A stretch of 64,000 nucleotides of DNA from Malacoraja senta (lineage: Eukaryota), in assembly GCA_038087875.1 (NCBI GenBank), contig CM075989.1, positions 7,814,001 through 7,878,000 of the forward strand, read 5' to 3'. A program made the position numbers and the translations under genes. Of the stretch, positions 13,690 through 27,176 are shown piece after piece (positions within the stretch are counted from its first letter, which is position 1; each line of letters starts with the position of its first letter). The notes under the pieces were generated by a model. The model saw nothing but the letters and a program-made list of their open reading frames with translations, ran no database searches and had not been told where the DNA came from.

Positions 13690-15930
13690 GGATGCTGGGA
13701 TACCACAGCTGAATGTCGAAAGTCTCACCAGGGCTAAGATATCCATCATTGAGAAGCTAGCATACGCCAACAAAGCGACTGTCATACTCCTGCAGGAGAC
13801 ACATTGCGAAACAGTGGAGAAACTCGCAATTCCTAAATTCACACTCGCTACTTTCACACCAAGTAGTAAATATGGTCTGGCCACTTTCATCAGAGATGAC
13901 ACGGATTGGGCTATAGAAGGGCAGTCTGCAGAAGACTAGATCTGGAATGGCTTGCAGTGAAGGGCCAGGACGCCACCATCATCAATGTGTACAAGCCTCC
14001 CCCAGTGAGTCTGGCTACAACATCCATAGCAGTGTTCACCCCTCCCTGTGTATACAACTGCCACCACACCGAATGGGGCTACTCAAGATGTAATAGTGTT
14101 GGATTGGGCATCTGTCAATGACCTCACGCTTCTGTATGATCCAAAGGAGCCAAACAGCTTCCACTCAGCCCGCTGGAACACTGATACAAACCCAGACCTA
14201 GTCTTTGCCAGTAACACAAAGAACCATCAGCGCCGGGTTCTGGAGAAGTTCCTACGGTCACACCGACCATCACTCATCACCGCAACACCACTGGTTGCAC
14301 CAACATCGAGCAAACCTGTGAAGCGGTGGAACTTCCACAAGACCAACTGGGACAAGTTCCAACAACTTACCAATGCAGCCGACTCAGGCCTTCCTCCCCA
14401 GACAGTACCAACCTGGACTCTTCCTACCAAGCCTACTGCAACATGCTTATCAGTGCAGGCAAGAAAACCACCCCCCATGGCTACCAGAGGGATTACATTC
14501 CATGTTGAGTGCCAACAGCTATACGAAGATCATACTGCTGCTGGCACCAAAGAGGATTCTGAAAGAACTGCCACTGTATTGCTCACACTCTTGGATGCGA
14601 AACAACAAGAACGCTGGATTGAGACGGTTGAATCGATTGACTTCACCCACTCGAGCCGTAAAGCATGACACACAGTTAACCGCCTGACCGGCACAGCTAC
14701 ATCCAAACCCATCAGATGCCCAGTGACCGGCAACGCAATCACATCTCAACTAGTCAAGAATGGTCGATTCACAAACTCTGACCGTGATTTCTCGCTCAAA
14801 GTAAGCAAAGAGGTGGCCGAGTCATGGAAAACTGACAGAGTGGATACGGACCTAACAATGGCTTTCACCCCCGAGGAAATGGCCACAGCACTCAAGATGT
14901 TGAAAAGCAGGAAAGGCCCCCGGATCTGACAGCATACACCCGGAGTTTCTACTACATTCTGGAGACGCTGCAACCAACTGGATCCGACAGTACCTGTCGA
15001 CCTCCACGGAGAAGTGCAAAATACCAAAGGTCTGGCGTCGTGCAACAGGCATCGCTCTCCAGAAGCCAAACAAGCCAAAGGATGATCCTGAAAGCTACCG
15101 GCCCATCTCGCTCCTCTGCATCCCATACAAACTCCTTGAGAGGCTGATCCACGGGCATATCAACCCCATCATAGACCCTCAACTCCCCACGAGCAGGCTG
15201 GTTTCCGCCAACGTTGATCTACTGCGGACCAGGTAACCCTCCTCACCCAAGACATCGAAGACTGCTTTGAGGCAAATGAGAAGGTAGGAGCTGTTCTTAT
15301 AGATCTGACAGTTGCCTATGACACCGTGTGGGACCGGGGACTAACTGCAAAGCTACTGCGGGTGCTGCCAGACAGAAGCATGGTACGCTACATCATGGAG
15401 CTGATATCAAACCGCAGCTTTGTGCTTAACGCCAGTGATGGACAGCAGAGTAGGCTACGTAGACTGAAGAATGGCGTCCCACAGGGATCAATCTTGGCTC
15501 CGCTGCTTTTCAACGTGTACATCCATGACCTCCCAGAGACCATCGCTGGAAAATATGGGTATGCTGACGATCTAGCCATCCTGGTGAGACACAAAGAGTG
15601 GAAGACATTCGAAAGCTCCTTGAGTCAAGACATGGGGACATTGGCAGTATACCTACGACTGTGGCGCCTAAAGCTGAGTGAAGGCAAAACAGTGTCAACA
15701 GCATTCCATCTAAACAACAAGGAAGCTAAGCGAGAGCTAGCTGTTTTCGTTAACAACAGGCGCTTGGACTTCCAACAAATACCCACTTACCTCGGCGAAA
15801 AGCTGGACAGGTCGCTTACATTTCGTCAACACCTGGCTGGTCTCCGCGACCAGGTCATGGCACGTAGTGGCCTCATCCGACGCCTGGCAGGAACAAGTTG
15901 GGGAGCCAGTCCATCAACTCTTCGCACCCC
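13690..15930 (+). mobile_element. Decayed Vingi/Ingi-like (I-group) non-LTR retrotransposon, APE endonuclease + reverse transcriptase
   Basis: APE motifs QLNVE, ILLQETH, NVYKPP, HHTEWGY, TNPDLVF, SHRP. RT motifs DLTVAYDTVW, GVPQGSILAPLLFNVY, YADD, LDRSLTFRQHL, LIRRLAGTSWGA. Interrupted by several stops and frameshifts; 3' end absent. Confidence 0.8.
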
Positions 15931-16360
15931 TGAGAAACCTTACTCGGGAAGGCAGTCCAGACCTAATCACAGATCCCATTTTCCAACACATGCACAAACA
16001 TTGAAAACCCATCAAACATTAATCATACAATTAAAAATATTTTAATCGTACCATTAAAAGTGTCTAAAAACACTGGAAAATCTTAAAACCAATGAAGTAC
16101 ATTCAGATTAGATGAAGAATGGTCTCGATCCAAAACGGCACCTATTTGTTTTCTCCAAAGATGCTGCCTGACCTGCAGTTACTCCAGCACTTTGTGTCTA
16201 TCTTTTAGATTAGGTCAATCAATTCAAAACACGCATATTGGCTGCAACTTGCCTTTCTACTTTTATGTAATACACATTAGGATTTGCCAATTCAGTTAAC
16301 ACAGTTAATAAATTTGTGGATGACACCAACATAGGTGGTATAGTAGACAGCGAGGAATGT

Positions 16361-17200
16361 ACAAGTTACAAGTTACATTTATTGTCACATACACCAATTG
16401 GTGCAGTGAAATTTGAGTTACCATGCAGCACACAAATAAGATAAACACAACATTATAGAATTTAACATAAAACGTCCCCCACAGCGGAATCAGCGTTTCC
16501 CATTGTGAGGGAAGGCAACAAAGTTCAGTCATCTTCCTCTTGTTCACCCGTGGTCGGGGCCCATTGAGGCCTCCACAGTTGCCGCAATGGCGGTCCGATG
16601 TTTCAGGCCCTCTCACCAGGATGATCGGATGATCAGAGCTCCGGCGTCGGAACGGAAGAACCCTCTCAGTGGCTTGGAGTTTCCGAATCGGCCGCTTCCT
16701 ACCGGAGACCGCGGCTTCCAAAGTCCACAGGCCGAGCTGGGCGGAGCTCCAACATTGGCGATCCTCGGCGAAAGATCTCAGGCCTCCGCGATGCTAAGGT
16801 CAGCGCCAGCCGCAGCTGGAAGCTCCGCAGACCACAGTTCCACGTGTTAAAATTGGCAGGTCCAACACTTTGGAGCTCCAACACGGCGATCCCGGTAAGG
16901 CATCGCCCGCTCCGCGATGGTAATTCAGTGCTGCGCCGCTGCTGAAGCTCTGGCCGGTCTCCGGCAGGAAAGGCCGCGCCAATCCAGATGGTAAGCCGCG
17001 ATGAGGGGGCGAAGATACGGCTCGGAGAAAAGACGCATCCTCGACCAGGTAGTGACTGAGAAAACGGTTACCCCCTTCCCCCCCCATAAAAAAGACTAAA
17101 AGACCTCCAAAACAAACTTTTAGACCGATTAAAAATAACAAAAAAGGATGAAAGGACAGACAGCTGCTGGCGAGGCTGCCACACTTGATGGTGCCGCCAC
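16361..17200 (-). mobile_element. GC/CpG-rich non-coding retroposon with a LINE-type tail
   Basis: The minus strand ends GTGACAATAAA-(TGTAACT)n. No RT ORF. Related 3' parts occur near 21640-21868 (+) and 31200-31385 (-). Confidence 0.55.
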
Positions 17201-17316
17201 TCGAAACCGCCACCACTCGAAACTCGAATGTATATCTAGGTTTAGGTTTATTATTGGCACAGGGACTGATATACTGCGAAAAGCTTTTGTTTACGTAACA
17301 TCGCCAAAATCAGAGG

Positions 17317-18575
17317 GTGATAGCAGAGGGATATTATTCAGATTGGAGGCCTGTGACCTATGGAGTGCTGCAGGTATCAGTGCTGGTTCCACTGTTTTTG
17401 CTCATCTACAAGAACACTTTGGATGACAATTTTGTTAACATAGTTTGTAAGTTCACGGATTACATCAAAATTGGTGGTGTAGTTGACATTGAAGAAGGTT
17501 ATCTAAGATTACAATGGGATCTAGATGAACTGGGTGAGTGGGTCAAGAAACTGCAGGTGAAATTTAATTCAGCTAAGTACGAGGCGTTGCAATTGTCGAG
17601 TTAAACGAGGGCAATAAATGGTAATGCCCTGGAATGTGGTCTAGTACAGAGATACCTAGGCACACATTGTTGCCTGAAAATAATGACTTTGGAAGATAGG
17701 GTGGTGAAGAAGACATTTGCCTACATCATGTGGCAATTGTACAAATTGTTGGTGAGACCACACTTGGAGTATTATGTGCACTTCTGCTGGCCACATTTTA
17801 GGAAGGAGTGCAGAAAAGGACAGGAGGACTTGAGTTTCAACGAGAGGCTGGGTAGGTTGGGACTTTATTTCCTGGAATGTAGGAAGCCGAGGGGGGAGGT
17901 TATAAAGGCATATAAGATCATGAGGGATGTAAATAAGGTCGCTAGTCACAGTCTTTTCACCAGGGTAGGGGAGTCTAACGCTAGAGGGCTCAAATTTAAG
18001 GTGAAAGCGGAAAGATTTAATAGCAACCTAAGGACAGCTTTTTCACACAGAGGGTGGTAGGTATATGGAACAAGCTGCCAGAGGAAGTATCTAAGGCAGG
18101 TAGTTTAGTTTAGTTTAGAAATAGAGCGCGGAAACAGGCCCTTTGGCTCACCGAGTTCGCGCCGACCAGCGTTCCCCACACACTAACACTATCATACACA
18201 CACTAGTGACAATTTACATTTATACCAAGCCAATTAGCCTACAAACCTGTATGTCTTTATAGTGTGGGATAAACCAGAGCACCCGGAGAAAACCCACGCA
18301 GGTCACGAGGAGAACGTACAAACTCCATACAGCAAACAATCCTACTCAGGATCGTATTTGGGTCTCTGATGCCGTAAGGCAGTAACTCTATCGCTGCGCC
18401 ATCGTGCCGCTGTACAATAACAACGTTTAAAAGACATTTGGACAGGTAGATAGATAGGAAATATTTGGAGGAATATGGGTCCAATGCGGTAAAACGGGGC
18501 TAGCTCAGACGGTCAACTTTGTTGGAGTGAATGGTTTGGGCCAAAGGGCCTGTTTCCGTGCCGTATGACTCTATG
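17317..18575 (+). mobile_element. Decayed CR1/HER1 LINE 3' part with a nested HE1 SINE (-, ~18102-18410)
   Basis: DWRPVTYGVLQ, KFTDYIKIGGVVD, YKLLVRPHLEYYVHF, ERLGRLGLYFLE; CR1-type 3' tail. Confidence 0.8.
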
Positions 18576-19685
18576 GAAGACGGAGCGAAATGAACAGTAG
18601 CAAGAGATGGCCACTGCCATCTGTGTGAAGGAAGGATTTCATTTGTTGCAAGCAGTGTTGACGCCTGCTTGATATACACATCCTATTCTCTACGTTTCCC
18701 AATGGTAGCATTTACAGCTGCTTTCCGGGCAAACAGCATTTCCAGGTGCAATATATCCCTGTGTGAACATTTACGTAAATGTGAAGATAAATCTTTTTCA
18801 GACCTGCCTGAATAGTTTGGCCCAGGAAGTATCAAACAGCAAACAATATTTTATTTATGTGTCTGCTCGGTTTCCGCAATAAGCCAGCTGGTTTATTTTA
18901 AGTGATTTGGGCTGGACTTGGATTTGAAAAACACCCATCAAAGACACATCATAGTTGAAGAAATGTTAATGTCCCCAGTGCCACTATTTATAATTTGGCA
19001 TCGATTGCCATAGAGCGACTTTCTTGTGCAGGAACAGTTACTTGATATGAACCAGAACTAACAATATGATTACAATGAGCAAGCAAAAGCTGACAGCCCA
19101 TGTGTTACAATGCTGTTAGCAAGTCTCCTGAAATCAACTCAGACCACAAAACAATGGGATGGAGTACTCCTGTCCTTTTTGGAGTCTGCCAGTGTCTGAC
19201 CCCAACTGACCCAGAGAACTATCACACAGTGCCACAGACAGCAGACCAGAGATTCTATTTTTAAAGAGGATGATGAGTAAAGTTCCATATACAAATATTA
19301 ATTAGCTTGTCTGTTTAATGTCACAGTTACAGTGAGAGACCGGGTCTGGGAACTATCCTAATATTACATTATTAAGGTTCTTTGCTATTTGTAACGAGGT
19401 GCCTCAGAAGGTAAAGATGCCATAAAACATTGACATTAAATGCCGAACTGATACAATGTGGACAAAATAACTATTAATATTTAAATAAGATTTGACAACT
19501 TAATCCCCGAGAAGGAAACTGCAGAATCCGTCGGAGTCCCTGTTGCTAACAGCAACGTTAACAGCTTTGGTAACAGCGGAGGATGTAACAGCGACCTTAT
19601 TTACATCCCTCCTGTACAATGTAACCCCACTGCCTCGCGAGATACTGCAGGGCGATTTCAACAGCTGACCACAATAAGGCCACAG

Positions 19686-20070
19686 GTTTAGTTTTAGTTT
19701 AGTTTTGAGATACAGTTGGGCCACCGAGTCCACGTCGACCAGCGATCGCCTGTACTCCGTCCTACGCACTAGGGACAATTTACAGAAGTCAATTAACCAA
19801 CAAACCGGCACATCTTTGGAATGTGGGAGGAAACCGGAGCACCTGGAGAAAACCCACATGGTCACAGCGAGAATGTACAAACTCCATATAACATCACACG
19901 TAGTCAGGATCAAACCCAGGTCTCTGGCGCTATGAGGCAGCAACTTTATCGCTATGGTAGACACAAAAAGCTGGAGTAACTCAGCGGGACAGGCAGCATC
20001 TTTGGAGAGGAGGAATGGATGACGTTTCAGGTCGAGACCTTCAACTCTATCGCTATGCCAGTGTGCCGCC
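19686..20070 (-). mobile_element. HE1-type V-SINE with an inserted Penelope 3' piece (19957-20041)
   Basis: SINE consensus interrupted by an insert flanked by CAACT(T/C)TATCGCTATG at 19941-19956 and 20042-20057. Confidence 0.8.
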
Positions 20071-23000
20071 CTGGTATAACGTACCGGTTGGAAGTCTGAG
20101 CACAATGGTGATCCATCTGGGGCAGATACAGAACCTGCAGCCTCGGTTGTGGTCAATGAATTCCCTGCATTTGGCTGTGGATGAAGGTGGAGGAACGACA
20201 AGGCAATATTGAGATGTTTAATTTGGGGTTTAGGACATGTTTATACAGATATCTCTCCTGCACCAGCCTCAATACTCTGATCAACCATCCCACCTCTTCC
20301 ATCTCCCTGGGATCTCCATCTTCACACAGCTCTGGTCTGAGGCCCATGCCCAGTTTTCCTTAGTCCAGCCCAGGTGGTCATGCCATCAGCTGCTGAGACC
20401 TGAGACTCTCTGGACCCTATGTCTTCTCTAAGACCGAACCTGACTGTGACTCCTTTGACCATATTTCTGTTTGATTATCTATTGTCTCCTCGTGTTGCTC
20501 AGGTGGAACAGGAGAGCAACAGTACAGCTGCGACCCGGGTTCGATCCGGACCACAGGCGCTGTCTGTGCGGAGTTTGTACGTTCTCCCTCTGACCGATGG
20601 GTTTTCTCCGGGTGCTCCGGTTTCCTCCCACATTCCAAAGACATGCGGGTTTGTAGGTTAGTTGGCCTCTGCATACTGCACCTAGTGTGCAAGGAGTGAA
20701 TGGGAAAGTGGAATAACATGGGAATAGTGTGAACATGTGATCGATGGTCAGTGTGGACTCGGTAGACCGAAGGGCCAGTTTCCAGACTGCATCTCGAAAA
20801 AAAGTGCTTTGAGACCTTCAAATACTGTACATCAGAAACATTAAATGCAAGTTGTGTGCCAACCAGTCTTTGTGCGGTCTGCCAGTGTCGACTTCTGACG
20901 GAAACAGGAGAGGTCGAGTAGTCCTCAAAATTCCTTGATTCTTTGAAGAAAGAAAATCAAATATTTCCAATTCTAATTAAATTTAGTGTTGGAAGGTGCC
21001 AGAGTGACTCCATTATTCCGGACCTGGAGGTGAGTGTAGTGTGATTGGTGTTACATTGAATTGCATCAAAGTAACATCGATATTTCAGGGAATAAAGAGC
21101 CAGTATATTATTAGGTTTAGTTCATACTCAAATAATTTATGTCCATCTTGTGCCCAGCATGACGGATTGATTTTGGCACAAGTTATTTCCTGCAGCGTTG
21201 TTAACAGCAGCAGTGGGTCGTGCCAGGACTGAAATTAAACTCACCTTAGGTCAACCATTCCGGCGGGCACCATGTTCAAGGCAGACCTGGTTAAACCTGC
21301 TGCTGGGAGTCTGGGGGTCTCAGAGCTTCAGGTCTGGGGGTCTCAGAGGGTCTGGATCTGGGCGTTCAGTTCAGGTTTAGGTTTTAGTTTATTATTGTCA
21401 TATGTACCGAGGTACAGCGCAAAGTTTTTTGCACGCTATCCGATCAGATCAAATAATACTACACATAAATACAATCAATTCAATACAATCAAGAGGTCAA
21501 GAAGTCGAGCAAGAGAAAGATATAGAGTGCCGATTCAGCAATGTAGTGCATCAATTCCATTGACGAAGTCCTTCACTACACAATGGGGTGGAGGTGAATT
21601 AGACAGTAGCCTAGCTTAGGCAACTGTGGAGGCCTAAATGGGCCCGACTATGGGTGAACTGGGGTTGGGGACTGGACTTTGTGCCTTCCCTCATGGTGGG
21701 AGCCATTGTGGGGGGATGTTTAGTATTAAGACTATCTTGGTGTGATGTCTGTATTCTTCTCTTTTTTTGTGTGCTGCATAATGGCAAAAAGCATTTCACT
21801 TCACTACACCTGGGTGTATGTGAATGTGACAACTAAAAACTACCTTGAACCTTGAACCTTGAACCTTGATATCTAATAATATATACTGTATATTACTGTA
21901 CATTTACTGCTATATATATTGTATATATAATAATATATACAATAATGTATGTTGATTTGCCCTCTGAATGCCCAGCTTTACCCCTCTCATCTTAAAGCTG
22001 AGCCTGCTAATCTTTCTGCCCTGGGAAAAAAGTTCTGACCATCTAATCTATCTATTTCTCTCATAATTTTATAAACACCCAGCATGTCTCTCAGTTCAGC
22101 GGCAATTAGAGATGCTGGGTTTGGCAGTGATTATCACATCTCATGAACAAAAACAAAGCATCCTGTTTGTCCTCCAGGGTGGAGGAGAGTCCAGACTAGA
22201 GCCAGACGTGATAAAACAAGCACTTCTATGTATTTCTAAATAATTTAATCTGGGAATAATTTTAGATGAGGTGTGAATAGTATTAGGAACAGGCACATTT
22301 TGAACAGCTTGTGAACACAGTTTTTCTGAAACAGAACATTGTGAGTGTGGGTAGATTATAGTTAAAGGCAACCACATTGCCCCATAGAACATAGAAAATA
22401 GAGCAGTACATCACAGGAACAGGCCCTTCACCCCTCCATGCCAAACATAATGTCATTAAGCTAATCTCCTCTGCCTGCATATGATCCATATACCTCAATC
22501 TCCTGCATATCCAAGCACCTATCTAAAAGATAAATGCCACTATCGTATCTGCCTTCACCACCACCCCTGGCCGCATGTTCCTGGCACCCACCACCCTCTT
22601 GTAAAAATCTTACCCCACACATCTCCTTTAATCGTTGCCCATCTCATTTTGCAGCCATGCCCCTAGTCTTTAGTATTTCCAGCCTGGGAGAAAGGCTCTG
22701 ACTATCTATGGGTCTCATCATTTTATAAACTTTTATCAGGTGTTTCCTCAACTTTCGGCATTCCAGAGGTTTCTCAAACCTTTCATTGGAGCTAATACCC
22801 TCCAATCAAGGCAATATTTTGGGGAGTCTCTTCTGCATCCTCCACAAAGTCTCACATCGTTCCTGTAAAGAGACAGCCAGAAATACACACAATCCTTTCA
22901 TCCATGGGAGATAAAGAAGAGAAACAGGCCGTTTGGCCCACCCAGTCTGTGCCAACCTTTAACCACCCATTGACACTGATCCCACATTAATCCCGTTTCT

Positions 23001-23106
23001 GAATTCTCCCCACATTCCCATCAACTCCCCCCCCTCCACTCCCGATTCTATTTCTCACCCACAAGGTAAAGTGGCCAATTAACCTACCAGCCATGCATTA
23101 GGATGC

Positions 23107-23766
23107 CTTCCGCAAAGACCGCTCCCTCCGTAACTCCCTTGTCAATTCTTCCCTTCCCTCCAATACCACCCCCTCCCCTGGTACTTTCCCTTGCAACCGC
23201 AAGAGATGCAACACTTGTCCCTTCATCTCCCCCCTCGACTCCATTCAAGGACCCAAGCAGTCGTTCCAGGTGCGACAGAGGTTCACCTGCATCTCCTCCA
23301 ACCTCATCTATTGCATCCGCTGCTCTAGATGCCAGCTGATCTACATCGGTGAGACCAAGCGGAGGCAATAACCAACTTGACCTCCCGGTGGCTCAGCACT
23401 TCAACTCCTCCTCCCATTCCGTATCTGACCTCTCTATCCTGGGTCTCCTCCATGGCCACAGCGAGCAACACCGTAAATTGGAGGAAATGCACCTCATATT
23501 CCGCTTGGGCAGTCTACATCCTGGGGGCTTGAACATTGAATTCTCCCAATTCTGCTAGCCCTTGTTGTCCCCTCCCCTTCATCAGCCCTCTGGTTGTCTC
23601 CTCCCCTCCCCCAGCCCTCGGGCTCCTCCTCCGCCTTTTTCCTTTTTTCCTTTCTTCTCCCCACCCCCTATCAGTCTGAAGAAGGGTTTCGGCCCGAAAC
23701 GTTGCCTATTTCCTTCGCTCCATAGATGCTGCTGCACCCGCTGAGTTTCTCCAGCATTTTTGTGTA
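23107..23766 (+). mobile_element. 5'-truncated Penelope-like element (GIY-YIG end + 3' repeat) inserted in an HE1-type SINE
   Basis: Encodes CISSNLIYCIRCSRCQLIYIGETKR and PVAQHFNS...GGLNIEFSQF. Flanked by the 16-bp TSD CCATGCATTAGGATGC (23091-23106, 23767-23782). Confidence 0.88.
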
Positions 23767-26500
23767 CCATGCATTAGGATGCTTTGGGTTGTGGGAGGAA
23801 ACCGCCACACCCAAGAGAAACCCGTGCGGTTTCAGGGAGAACGTGCAAACTCCACACAGGCAGCACCTGAGATCAGGATTGAACCTGAGACAATGGCTCT
23901 ACCTGCTGAGCCACCATGCTGCCACGTTGCAGGATGTGGCAGGGTCTGGAGTACATGAGGTGGAGTTGGTGAACCAATTTCATAAACTACTGCAGAATAT
24001 CTGATGAGATACTCCCGATGTGATGTCTGGGAAGGAGTTGCATAGTGGTCTAGTTTAGCTTAGTTTAGAGGTACAGCATAGAAACAGGCCTTTCGGCCCA
24101 CCGAATCCACACTGACCGTCGATCACCCATTCACACTAGTTCTATGTTTTCTCACTTTGGGACAATCTATTTCCACTTCAGGAGGGCGTGGGACTTGGAG
24201 AGGAACCTGTAGGCGGTGTGTTCCCCTGCTGCCTTGCCCTGCTCGTGAGAAGAGGTTTGGGAGGTGATGTGGAGGGTATCAGGGAGAACAGTGTGAAGAA
24301 GGGTCTCCACTCGAAACCTCACCTATCCATGTACCCAGGGATGCTGCCTGACCCGCTGAGTTACTCCAGCACTTTGTGTCACTATCCTGGCAATACAGGG
24401 TTTTCACTGCCATCGTGTGGCAGTGACATGTACTGCAATGGCAGAGGCAGCTTACTTCTCTGCCTCTTTTTCTCCACCCTTACCTTCCCCTTTATTTCAT
24501 ACAGACATTTATTTCTTGCTCCTTTGTTTGACGAACTTTTGGTTCTCTATCTCAAACACTCCACATGTGATCAGCATCATTGTATTTGTTGATGGCACTC
24601 CTATGAAGCACCTTAAGGGTATCTTATTGTATTAAAGGTCTTATATAAATGCCTGTTGTTTGTATGATGTACTGATTAAAGAATGCTTACCCCACCCTTC
24701 CCGTAGAAAGACTAACAAGCCAGGCATGTTCCTTGGCCCCACCTCACTGTAGCCTGAGCTTGTTTCACTTCAGAGAGATGTTAGATCAAGTTCTGGGAGG
24801 GAGATGTGGATTAGTGTGCTGTGGATGATGGATGGAGATGGAGGGAAGGGATTGGGATTGATGGGCTGGGGTGGGACAACCAACTTGCTCCACCTCCTCA
24901 TCCCTACCCCTGAACGATATTCCGAGGGGACGCATTCAGAGTCATAGAGTCATACAGCATGGAAACAGGCCCATCGGCCCAACTTGCCCACGCCGACCAA
25001 CATGTTCCATCTCCACTAGTCCCACTTGTGACACCAGAAACTAAGATCAGGAAAGGGTTTGCTCCTAGGCCCTGCCAAGATGGCCATTCACGAGTTAAGA
25101 GTAACGGGTGACTCATATCGTCTTACCTGTATATCCTGGAAAGGAACAATGAAATTCTTACTTGCAGCAGGCCAACAGGTATACAAAGATAGTACTCTAG
25201 ATAAAATAAACTACAAAAATAAGTTCATTAAACTAAAAAAGAACAAAAGCAAAAGTGCAAAAACAAAACCAAAGCCCAATGTCCTTAGTGCAATCAAGAC
25301 GGATTGTAGTTCGGAGTTTAGTTGGAGTTTGGCGTGGTCAATAGGCTGATGGTTGTTGGGAAAAGCAATCCAGTCAAAGGTTGTACCCAAAATGACTGAC
25401 TGCCCCTTTTCTAGACTTAAATCTGTACCCATATAGTATTACAGCTGCAAAGTGCAGATTTAAAAAAAGTGCAAAGGGCACAATGAGGTAGATTGGAAGA
25501 TCGGGTAATTCATCCTGAGCATATGAGAGGTCTGTTCAAGAGTCTGATAAGAGCAGGAAAAAGCTGTTCCTGAATCTGGTGGTATGTGCTTTGAAGCTTT
25601 TATATTTTCTGACAGACGAAAGAGGGGAGAAGAGGGAATTACCGGCGGGGTGAATGGTCGTTGATTATGTTGACTGAGACATGTATTTAACATTCGAGGT
25701 AAGAGATACAAGGGGGGTATGAGCAGGTTCACTGTTGCCAAGTGGATGGTGATTTAGCAATCACTGTGCAAGGGAACAGAGTCAGCCAGTCACTGGAGGG
25801 TACTGGGGAGAGACTGTGGTAATGACACAAAATGCTGGAGTCACCCAGGTTCGAACCTGACTACAGGTGCTGTCTATAAGGAGTTTGTACGTTCTCCCTG
25901 TGACCGTGTGTGTGTTTTCCGGGTGCTCCGGTTTCCTCTCACATTCCAAAGATGTGCAGGTTTGTAGGTTAATTGGCTTCTGTAAATTGTCCCAAGTGTG
26001 TTGGAACTACAGATGTTGGTTTATATTGAAGATGGACTCAAATGCAGGAGTAACCCAGTGGGTCAGGCAGCATCTCTGGGGGAAATGAATAGGTGATGTT
26101 TTGGAAGAAGAAGGGTGTCGACCTGAAACATCACCTATTCCTTTTCTCCAGAGATGCTGCCTGTCCTGCTGAGGTACTCCAGCATTTTGTGTCTATCTGC
26201 AATCACGGTCTTGATGGATCAAAGGGTCACCTCCTGTGCTTGAGTAATTCTGTGATTGCACGAAAGCATCAAACCTGCCTCTGAGTTAAAACAGTTAGCT
26301 TACATTTGTCCCTTTCCTGAGACTGGATTAGACACATGACCTCTGTTGGAAAAGATGCAGAGGTAATTGCATTATTATCTCTGGGCAGCATAGTGGCACT
26401 GCAGTTAAAGCTGTCGCCTCACAGCAGAGACCCGGGTTCAGAGATAAAGAACAATGAATGAAACATATACAAAAAGGTAACGATGGTAAAGGAAACAGGC

Positions 26501-27032
26501 CATGAAGGACATTATAGCCATAGAGGGAGTGCAGAGAAGGTTCACCAGACTGATTCCTGGGATGTCAGGACTTTCATATGAAGAAAGACTGGATAGACTT
26601 GGCTTATACTCGCTAGAATTTAGGAGATTGAGAGGGGATCTTATAGAAACGTACAAAATTCTTATGGGGTTGGACAGGCTAGATGCAGGAAGATTGTTCC
26701 CGATGTTGGGGAAGTCCAGGACAAGGGGTCACAGCTTAAGGATAAGGGGGAAATCCTTTAAGACCGAGATGAGGAAAAACTTTTTCACACAGAGAGTGGT
26801 GAATCTCTGGAACTCTCTGCCACAGAGGGTAGTTGAGGCCAGTTCATTGGCTATATTTAAGAGGGAATTAGATGTGGCCCTTGTGGCTAAAGGGATCAGG
26901 GGGTATGGAGAGAAGGCAGGTACGGGATACTGAGTTGGATGATCAGCCATGATCGTATTGAATGGCGGTGCAGGCTCGAAGGGCTGAATGGCCTACTCCT
27001 GCACCTATTTTCTATGTATCTATGTATCTATG
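26501..27032 (+). mobile_element. Young CR1-type LINE 3' fragment
   Basis: Uninterrupted ORF2 C-terminus IEGVQRRFTRLIPG...LRGDLIETYKIL...FFTQRVVNLWNSLP...AGTGY, then 3' UTR and a (TCTATGTA)n tail. Confidence 0.92.
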
Positions 27033-27176
27033 TTATTTATCTCTCCACATCATCGTGTATATCTCTTGTTTCCCTTATCCCTAACCAGTCTGAAGAAGGG
27101 TCTCGACCCGAAATGTCACCCATTCCTTCACTCCAGAGATGCTGCCTGCTTTTTGTGTCTATCTTCAGTTTAAACC

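Noticed and set aside
13631..13720. 2A peptide or HDV-like ribozyme at the 5' end of the Ingi-related element
   Set aside because: No DxExNPGP motif in the frames shown and no HDV fold that I could support by eye.
19500..20201. 233-aa minus-strand ORF
   Set aside because: Read-through of SINE and Penelope repeat sequence.
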